From Trichoplax adhaerens (lineage: Eukaryota > Animalia > Placozoa), in contig NW_002060946.1 in NCBI RefSeq assembly GCF_000150275.1, positions 5,742,597-5,806,596 on the forward strand: a stretch of DNA of 64,000 bases, given 5' to 3'. Shown here in pieces: positions 14,012 to 23,432 of this stretch (position 1 is its first letter; the number at the start of each line of letters is the position of its first letter). A model generated the notes under the pieces. It was given only the letters and a program-made list of their open reading frames with translations. It was not told where the DNA came from and made no database searches. A program made the position numbers and the translations under genes.

Positions 14012-16334
14012 TTAGGACATTGGAAATTGGTAAAGAGCTGCATACCTTCCAGTTTGGAAATGATACAACTGTCTCTCAATATCACCTAACAAAGAACTTG
14101 CTCCAATACGGAATAGATTGGGTTGTGTCCATTCGTCTCCTAGCTCTTCCTTCATCAGAGCAAGCCAACTTAAGCAATCTTTAGCGCTTCTAATCCCTCC
14201 GGCTGGCTTAAATCCGACCTTGTATCCAGTACGTTGGTAAAAATCACGTATTGCCCTGATCATGACAAGAGCAACTGGGAATGTGGCATTCACTGCTTCT
14301 TTGCCTGTCGATGTTTTAATAAAAGTTGAGCCAGCCATCATACTGACAAGGCTTGCTTTATACACATTGGTCAACGTTCCTAAGTGTCCCGTAGCAATAA
14401 TCGTTTTTAACAGGGCATTACCACACGCTTTTTTGCAGGCAGCTACTTCATCATATAAAGCTTGCCAATTGCCTGATAATACATAGGATCGAGTGATGAC
14501 AATATCGATTTCACTTGCACCAGCTTCGACTGCGTATTTGATTTCATCTAGGCGTTGAGGAAGAGGTGTTTGACCATCAGGAAATCCAGCTGCTACAGAA
14601 GCAATGGGCACTTGTGAGTGATTATTCTTATTAGCGGTAACAGCATCCTTGACTCGAGACGAGTAGACACATACCGCTCCGGTAGTAATTTCTGAAAAGT
14701 AGAACATAGTTTTGAGTTTCATTAATTTATTTTGATCAACACAAGTTATATGCTAATGATCAAATATGCATGATAAACATTCATGATGAAATTGGTAGCA
14801 TGTTGATGTAAAAAATGCAATTCTTCAAGTCGCTATGATAGCAAAATTTCTTAGTTACAACACAATTCGTCAAATGATAGCCAGCATTAACAAACAACCA
14901 ATTACAGTGCCGAAGGGAATGAGTAGAAAGAGTCTAAAAATGCAAATCTTGAAATAATAAGAGTTAAAGCAAGCATTACCAAGTTGATTGAACCGAGTGG
15001 CACTTTTCAAATGATTGTAAAACAATAAAACTACTGAAGGAGATGCTGTAAGTAGAATGAGTCTAAAAATGTAATTGATGAAATGATAATAGTTCAGGCA
15101 AGGATTGCAAAGTTGAATCGATCGCCACTCTTCAATCATTTAACAGCAAAACAAACGAAGAAAATGAGTCGAGTGAGTTTCAAAATGCAATTCTTGAAAC
15201 GATGCGAGTAAAGTAAAGAATGGCAAAGTTGAACCGATCGCTACTCTTCAACCACGTAACAACAAACTAGCGAAGAAAATGAATCAAGTGAGTTTCAAAA
15301 TTGCAATTTTTGAAACGATGAAAGTAAGGCAGAGCATTACAAAGTTAACCCCGATTGCCACTCTTCAACTACGCCATAATAAGCTAGCGAAGAAAATGAG
15401 CGATTTTCAAAATGCAATGGTTGAAATGATGAGAGCAAGGCAAGCATTGCAAAGTTGGCAAACTACCGAAGAAAACGAGCGATTTTCAAAATGCAATAGC
15501 TAAAATGATGAGAGCAAGGCAAGCATTGCAAAGTGGGCAAACTACCGAAGAAAACGAGCGATTTTCAAAATGCAATGGTTGAAATGATGAGAGCAAGGCT
15601 TGCATTGCAAAGTTGGCAAACTACCGAAGAAAACGAGCGATTTTCAAAATGCAATAGCTAAAATGATGAGAGCAAGGCAAGCATTGCAAAGTGGGCAAAC
15701 TACCGAAGAAAACGAGCGATTTTCAAAATGCAATGGTTGAAATGATGAGAGCAAGGCTTGCATTGCAAAGTTGGCAAACTACCGAAGAAAATGAGCGATT
15801 TTCAAAATGCAATAGCTAAAATGATGAGAGCAAGGCAAGCATTGCAAAGTGGGCAAACCACCGAAGAAAACGAGCGATTTTCAAAATGCAATAGCTGAAA
15901 TGATGAGAGCAAGGCAAAGTTCACTGGCATCCTATCAAGGACTGCAATGTTGAACCCATCGCCACTCTTCAACTGCGCGATGTTTGAAATGATGAAAATA
16001 AGGGAAGAATAACAGAGATTTCGAATCTATTTATCCGATAGACAATCTTACTCAAGTCTTTTAATTGGAGGCTTTCAAGAACGTCTTGACGGATAGGATT
16101 ATTGGCCTTGAAACAGAGACGTGATACATTCGTTTCCGTATCATCACCAGACAAGGTGGTTAAATCTAAGCAAGTAACAGCTCTTAAAAACCAAGCTGCT
16201 TGCCAATCTTTCTTGACAGATCGTCGCTTGAGATGGGTTGCTGCTCTCCTCTGCACTGCTGGTAAGTTAACACGCGACGATTCAACCCATGCCAGATCCA
16301 GAGGTTGGATTACATTCCGTTGGCTGTCTACCAT
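14012..16334 (-). CDS. DERA: Deoxyribose-phosphate aldolase (DERA/DeoC), copy 2; 2 exons, 16334-16052 and 14691-14012, 320 aa
   Basis: Same motifs as copy 1. The spliced junction reads LKDL-K-ITTGAVCVY. Animal-type N-terminus (LDLAWV...RRSVKKDWQAAW) and C-terminus (TGRYAA...PMS). This copy has intact upstream sequence. Confidence 0.95.
15389..15920. repeat. 79-bp minisatellite (~7 units) in the DERA copy 2 intron
   Basis: Anchors at 15389, 15468, 15547, 15626, 15705, 15784, 15863. Confidence 0.95.
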
Positions 16335-18046
16335 CGTTCAATTTGGTTATTGTAGCTAGAAATTCATTCAAATCCAATCGATCAAGATTGCCTAAAGCAA
16401 GGAATAGCAGCAATGCCGGACAGCAAATGGGCTCCAACGGGTTCCAGTACGGTACCAGTTGGGACTGAAGAGTGACAAATGATGCAAAAGTGACGCAAAC
16501 CCGACACTCGTGGCTATACACGCTTCATACGCCTACTGTGTCACTGTCGCTTTAGGCTTGACGTGGTGCAATGGTGGGTAGGTCAGTGAAAGGAGAGCGT
16601 ACCGCGCCGGCGCAGTATCGATGGCATGACGGCCAATGGGCCACGACGATCCTCGCGTGTTGCTTCTTTTACTGCGACATCAATTTTGCTCGGTGTAGAA
16701 CTTCATGGCTCGCATTCACCGTATCGTGTTCTTTACTGTACTGTAGAAGGAAATACAACATGGCGATTGAAGTATCGATGGATAGATGACATGATGGTCA
16801 ATGGACAACGACGATCATCGCGTCTTGCTTCCTTTATTGCGACATCGATTTTGCTCGTATCGCTTGCAGTCACCGTATCGTGTTCTTGCTGTACTGTAGA
16901 AGGGAATACAACATGGCGATTTAAGCGTGATATTGGACGTACACTACATCAGTTCAGTTTTGCACTTCTGCAGGTGTCTCCCATTTCTTACTGAATTCAA
17001 CAACAAAATGGCAGACATCGAGTACAAGACTGAACTGATTGAGTAGTCCAGTTTGGTGTACAGTGTAGACTGTACATGATGATATCGTTGTCCGTTGACT
17101 CAAAAGCACTTTCCATCCACCAGCATGTTGCAACAAGGGCGTCGGAGCCATGCAAAATTCATGTCACCAGCGCATCTGCCAACACCACCAACACGCCCAC
17201 GTGTCGTACCGTATCGAATACGGTACGACTGATAGGCAGATTGCACATACAGTACTGCACGCACGGTACTGTACACGGAGTACAGAGATCAACTACACGC
17301 ACACTACGTACGAAATCATGTGTTCACCGATAAACAGCATGCAAGCCAATAGAAACAGGCGGACGACTGAAGCGTGCGTCCACGTGGAAAAATACAAATA
17401 ATAACCAGGTGGTCAAGATGGTCAGCGATAACCGACACCTTGTTGTGCTTAGTAATAATAAATAAAAAAACAGTTTATTTCCCATCAATTTTCCATCGGC
17501 AAGGCGAATACGCAATGCAATAGTGACCACTATGATTGATTAAGTGGACAGTCGATGAGAAAATAGTAAGCAAGAATCAATCGTCTGCTAGTCATCACGT
17601 ACAGACACAGACTTGTGGTGTTTCCTCCGTCACGTCAACATGACAATAGAGGATATTATAGGCCACGGGCGATGCTTTCCGTATCATTACAACGCTCATG
17701 CTGAGTTGGGGTAATCACCCGACATAAACCAACAGTCTACAGTATAGAAAATACTTTGCCCATGGGCTGTAGCCATGGCCCACCACCAGTCAAGGTCACG
17801 GCGGGACGTAGTAGGGCTCTACCACTGCGCATGTCTAGTGGTGTGGCCACCACAGTTCTTATTGTGTACATAGGCTCGACTCCGTCAGCAGCTTGATGCG
17901 GATCCTTCAGACGTACAGACGTCGGACTTCCAGCCTGCAACGTTGGAGGTAGAATCGCTTTGGCAAGCTTGCCATACTTCCATCGAAGTCTCCAGGTTGC
18001 AACTGGATCATCGCTCTATTTCTCTTTAATTCATTATCATTGCAGT
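16335..18046. promoter_or_regulatory. Putative shared bidirectional promoter and 5' UTRs of DERA and ALDH16
   Basis: Visibly GC- and CpG-richer than the surrounding DNA and located between divergent start codons. Contains YY1-like AAnATGGC (16757, 16910, 17005), TGACGTGG (16559), CACGTG E-boxes (~17198, 17381) and CCAAT boxes (~16633, ~17346). Confidence 0.65.
16615..16924. repeat. Diverged ~155-bp direct repeat, 2 copies, in the DERA/ALDH16 intergenic region
   Basis: Units start gtatcgatgg at 16615 and 16772; both end with ctgtactgtagaagg.aatacaacatggcgat. Confidence 0.9.
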
Positions 18047-21000
18047 ATGGCTTCTACGGCAGCTTCCGTTGTTCAAACGGTAACTTCTAAAACCGAGGAG
18101 AATAATACAACCAAAGAATCACTCAAGCCAAGTAAACCGACTGTTAGTCAAATCTTCAAGACGTTAGAGTATGGCCCTGCTCCAGAATCGCCCGATGTAG
18201 CCTACGCTTGGTTAGATGATCATCACAGATCTTTTGGTCATTTTATTGATGGAAAATGGCTTAATCCCGAAGATCGGAAACGTTACGATTCACGATGCCC
18301 TGCTACAGGTGATATTATCCAGCTTAATATTAACCATCAAACGATGACATTTTCAACTGGATACCCCATTATTAGTTGGAGTCTATCATAACATGTACTG
18401 CTGTAGGAATGGCACAAAAGGGTTCGGCTTGCCAAGGGATTTAGTCCATGGCGATATGCAGATATCCTGATGCTATCTTGACATGACACTGTACCTAAAT
18501 ATCCAAACATGACATCGCCACAGTGCTATACAAACACCATGAGGTAAATCATGCATGATACAGTTATGAATCACAACGGTAAGAGAAATTCTTATAGCTA
18601 CTTGAGGCAATAATTTGCTACGAGCAAGCCGTGATCAAATTTCATCCAAGAAGCTCCAGTAGACGCAAGCAATCCATCATACAGTGGCAACCGATGACTC
18701 GACTGATTTCTCTCTAAACTAAAACGTACAGTGTACATTGAACCAAATTGCGAAATAGACGTTTCTACTGCATAGATAATTCAAGATGCCTACATTGTCC
18801 TACACTATCGTCACTATACGAATAGACATTGTATCTCATAATTATACTAATCGTGCCGTAGTAGACACTCTACTACAGGACGAAAAAGAAATAGTTGGCA
18901 ACAATCTCTTGACTAGATTCAGGTCTTTCATCAAAGAAAGGAAAGGAAAAGTTACTTTGCACGCACAATCCATCGCATAGGATAGACTGCATACATACAC
19001 TCTTATAGAAGAAATGTATCAAACTGTAGAAAGCGATTAAATTTATAAAGGCCGTCAAATCAATCGACTGCTTTGCTTGAATTTAATTTTATTCAGTAGT
19101 CCCTGGCTATACTAGTCGATGAGTAGAGCTACCCATAGAGTTAAGTAAGTTTCTTAACTCTATGGATTAACCCTATGAATGCAGCATTTACACATCGATA
19201 GTACAGTACTGTTGCATCAATGGATGTCTACTTGAGAAACAAGCCTCGGGTGTACAGTATATGTACAGTAAACTACAGATCAATCTGTAGTTTAGTATCC
19301 AGACAACTCAGCTATTAGCAAACTTTCAATAAGTATATGTGGTCCTAGATCAATTTTTTTTTTTCGGCAATTTCCATTAATTGATACCAATAGAACTATG
19401 TGACCTTAGAGGAAGCTATTATAATGAGTAAAAGTTGAAAAGTACTACAAATACGATGCAATCTTGGTTGATCATTTCTAGATCTGTCAATGTACAAATA
19501 ATAGTCACTCGACGTTACTAATTCATGGTCAACTTACCATAATAGTTGTCATTCCATTCATTATTATCCACACTATCTTCGTTTTAATGACTGTATTCAA
19601 CGAGCGCTAAATTGATTGTATTTTAGAATTAATATAATTATGTATGTTAACTTGAAATAGGAGAAAAGTTGGCATCAACTGTGCAAGGTAACCAAGAAGA
19701 TGTTGAAGTAGCTGTTTCTGCTGCTCGAAAAGCGTTCGTGAAATGGAGTGCTTTACCTGCACACGTCCGGGCGCGCCATTTATACTCGGTTGCAAGGCAT
19801 GTTCAAAAGCATATGAGATTGTTCGCCGTTATTGAGAGTCTCGATAACGGTAAACCGATCAGAGAGACTCGCGATTGCGATATACCAATCGTAATTCGCC
19901 ATATTTACCATCATGCTGGTTGGGCACAATTAGCAGATACCGAAATGAGAGGATGGAAACCTGTCGGCGTTGTTGGAGCTATCACGCCATGGAATTTTCC
20001 TTTAATGTTGTTGATCTGGAAGGTATGCAATAGTGGATTGGACCAATATACTTTCAAGTCAATGTCAACATATTTAAATTGAAGATTTGCTTTAATCTAC
20101 AATTCTTCACGTATCCATAGGTTTGTCCGGCGCTAGCTATGGGAAATACTGTGGTTTTAAAACCTGCTACCTATACTCGATTATCTGCCCTTTTATTAGC
20201 TGAAGTATGTGCTGAAGCCGGGCTACCACCAGGGGTATTTAACGTAGTAACTGGTAATGGTGCATTTGGCCACAATCTTGCAACCCATCCAGATGTAGAT
20301 AAAGTTGGCTTTACTGGTTCTACAGAAGTTAGTAGATATCTTCTCGTCACAATTATCGATGAAATGATTCTCTATAAAATGAATTTTTACTTTCCACATG
20401 ATCACCCATTCTATTAGCAAGAGATACTTGAAAGTGATTGCTTACTAATTGGATTAGGTAGGGAGAATTTTACGTCAAGCAACTGCTGGAAGTGGCAAGA
20501 AGATATCGTTAGAATTAGGAGGAAAATCCCCATTCGTTGTTTTCGATTCGGCAGACCTTGATAGCGCTGTAGAAGGCGTTGTAGATGCGATATACTTTAA
20601 TCAAGGCCAAGTTAGTTCTATAAATGTCCAGAAATGATAGGCATTATCCATTGTGCAATATATTAAGCTAGAACGGTTGCTGTTATTGGTAGCTCTTGTT
20701 GTATTAAACGAAATTTCGAAATGAGTACTGATTAATTATTTTTGGTAGGTTTGTAGTGCAGGATCCAGATTAATTGTACAAGAGTCTTGTGCCGAACTTC
20801 TGATAAAGAAGATCAAGGAAAGAATGACCCACTTACGTCTGGGTGATTCATTAGACAAGGCTATCGATATGGGGGCCATTGTGGATCCATCGCAGAGAAA
20901 AAGTGTTGACATGATGGTGCAAGAAGCCAAGGCGGATGGAGCTCATGTAAACTAGTGCATGTATTTTGATATAGTATTATACATTAGAGTACTATACTTT

Positions 21001-23299
21001 CGCACACCTAGTCTTAGAAAGTGTTTTAACTGAATAGGTTTATCAAGCCTGTGCATGTATGCCTTCAACCGGGTGCTATTATCCTCCTACTCTTATAACC
21101 AATGTACAAACAGTTTCAAAAATTGTCCAAGAAGAAGTAAGCATTGAATTTTTTACCAAATATGATCCTTTGTCAGTGGAAGCACTTACGCTATTCATAA
21201 TGAATCCTCTGTTATAGGTTTTTGGCCCTGTACTTGTTGTCCTTACCTTTAGAACTCCAAAGGAGGCTATCGCATTATCAAACAATACTGTATTCGGCTT
21301 AGGCGCAAGTGTTTGGACGGAAAACTTGTCTTTAGCTTTAGAAGTAGCATTAAGTATCCGAGCTGGAAGCGTGTGGGTCAATGGTCACAATTTATTTGAT
21401 GCCGCGGCTGGATTTGGTGGTATGCGTGAAAGTGGTTTTGGTAGAGATGGAGGCAAAGAGGTTATTGCTAACTTTCATTATTCAATTTAGCATATTTCGT
21501 ACCCTCGTTATTACTTCACCTCTACTGTACTCGCACTTTATTCAATGTCATTTTCAGTGCAATAGAAAGTAGGCCAATATGCATGATGTGGTATTTAGTA
21601 GAATTTTGATCGATTAGCATGTTTCCAGATCAATTGGATCACCATTTCTGAAGAACAATATCCTTCAACCAAACAAACTGAATTCATTTTCGCTTTTAAA
21701 TTAATTAAGCATTGTCCACTTGTATCTTGCTAGGGTCTTTACGAATATTCCGTGCCAGCATGGCTGACAAGGCCTCGTCCTGTGGCATTAAAAGATTTCG
21801 ATGCAAAAGCTTTTGGTAAAAATGTTGCTCCAAGACCTCTAAATCCTAGCAATAGCGAAAGCCATGTTTACAATAACACAACCAAATTGAATGGGCAGGA
21901 TGTACCCAGGTTATTTATCGCGGTGTTCTCTTTGTCAACCAGTGTTGCAATAGCCTCTTATTTATGTTATGGCAAACAGAAACTGTACGCAGAATTGATT
22001 TCATATTACTTCCATCTTTCTCAAAAATATTTAGCATTGACCGAACTTGCAAAATGTACATCGGAGGTGCTCAAAAGCGACCTGATGCTCCATACGCTCG
22101 AGCAGTGGTAAACCCTGATAACAAAACAATTGGTCAAGTTGGCGAAGGAAGTCGTAAAGATATCCGTGATGCTGTTGAAGCGGCTCATAAGGCTTTCCCT
22201 GGGTATAAACTATTTTACTACTAATAAACAATTGTAATATTAGATTACAATAATTGCAATACTTAAGTAAATAGCTTTCCAAGTTTCAATTTCTCTCTCA
22301 ATTAATACACCGCTGTATCTATTTCAGATGGGGAAAACGAGCTGCTCATAATCGTGCCCAAATTGTATACTTTGTTGCTGAAAATCTGGAATTGCGACGT
22401 GAAGAAGTTGCTTCACGCATGTCAGAAATGACGGGAAAGAGTTTAGAAGATTCAAAGTTAGAAGTGGATTTGTCCATTCAACGATTATTCTACTGGGGAG
22501 CATATGCTGATAAATATGGTGGAACTGTGCAGGTAAAAATTTTAGATATTATTTTTACTTTATCTTTCTGCTAGGTTGTCAATTTATTTCTTGATTTTGT
22601 TTCCTGAAATATATTTTCATTAAATGCAATTTGATAATCATAACTATTAGGAAACCAATCTCTATGGAGCAACTGTTAAGGTACATGAACCCGTTGGTGT
22701 TATTGGTATTGCTTGTCCCGATAATTGGCCTCTTCTTGGATTTGTATCATTATTTGCACCGGCAGTTATTCGCGGTAACACCATAGTCATAGTTCCAAGT
22801 GAAAAATATCCATTGAGTGCAGTAGATTTGTATCAGGTAAAGAAAAGATTTGCTCAATTCTTCTGATCTGTAATTAAATTCGTGCAATGTAAAAGTACGT
22901 ATGTGCTTCATTTTTGGTACAATTCACCTGTCATTGAATGTATGATATAATTTTATACGTTGTAAAGTCTTATTTCATTCCTGATCTGGGTCATACTAGG
23001 TTTTTGATACATCTGACTTGCCTGGTGGCGTTGTTAACATTGTCACTGGCAGCCGAGATCATTTAACCAAGTACTTGGTAGATCATCAAGATGTAGAAGC
23101 ATTTTGGTATTTTGGATCAAATGAAGGAAGCAGATATGTCGAGCACGCTTCTGCTGTGAATATTAAACGTACTTGGGTAAATTACGGCTTTGAGCGGGAT
23201 TGGGCAGACCCAGCACAAGGACAAGGAGAAGAATTTTTATATCACGCTGTTGAATGTAAAAATATTTGGATGCCCATGGGCGAAATTTTTGCTAACTAG
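18047..23299 (+). CDS. ALDH16A1: ALDH16-family aldehyde dehydrogenase (full ALDH plus extra C-terminal Rossmann-like domain), 12 exons, 852 aa, catalytic Cys retained
   Basis: Exons 18047-18308, 19661-20022, 20121-20327, 20458-20610, 20749-20946, 21038-21136, 21218-21460, 21734-21909, 22035-22202, 22328-22532, 22651-22836, 23000-23299. All introns are GT-AG and phase-compatible, totalling 2559 nt. Motifs: [60 protein letters not shown]; second half [31 protein letters not shown], ending KNIWMPMGE. Confidence 0.93.
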
Positions 23300-23426
23300 A
23301 TTTGGATATTAGTAAATTCAGTTGTTAAAACTGTTCGTTTCAATGGACTGCATCTTCGAACATTTACATCGGTTGAAATAGAAGCACTCTAGGTCTTGTT
23401 CGTCAAATTTCTGTCTGCAATTGATT

Positions 23427-23432
23427 AATAAA
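23427..23432 (+). terminator. Candidate polyadenylation signal of ALDH16
   Basis: First AATAAA after the stop codon, ~130 nt downstream. Confidence 0.4.

Larger units (their letters stand above)
8085..16470. repeat. Near-identical ~4.2-kb tandem duplication (8085-12194 vs 12247-16470) spanning DERA, split by an N-gap
   Basis: Constant offset of 4162 bp in the 3' part and 4276 bp at exon 1; only scattered SNPs and one ~115-bp indel; the junction is exactly the 50-N gap. Confidence 0.95.

Noticed and set aside
16282-17940. Cluster of short overlapping ORFs on both strands between DERA and ALDH16
   Set aside because: Expected from higher GC and the 155-bp duplication; no protein motifs; better explained as promoter/UTR.
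14012-23299. Bacterial contamination or very recent HGT as the explanation for the operon-like pair
   Set aside because: Both genes have canonical spliceosomal introns, DERA is animal-type, and the flanks hold animal GPCR and bHLH genes. An ancient bacterial origin is not excluded.
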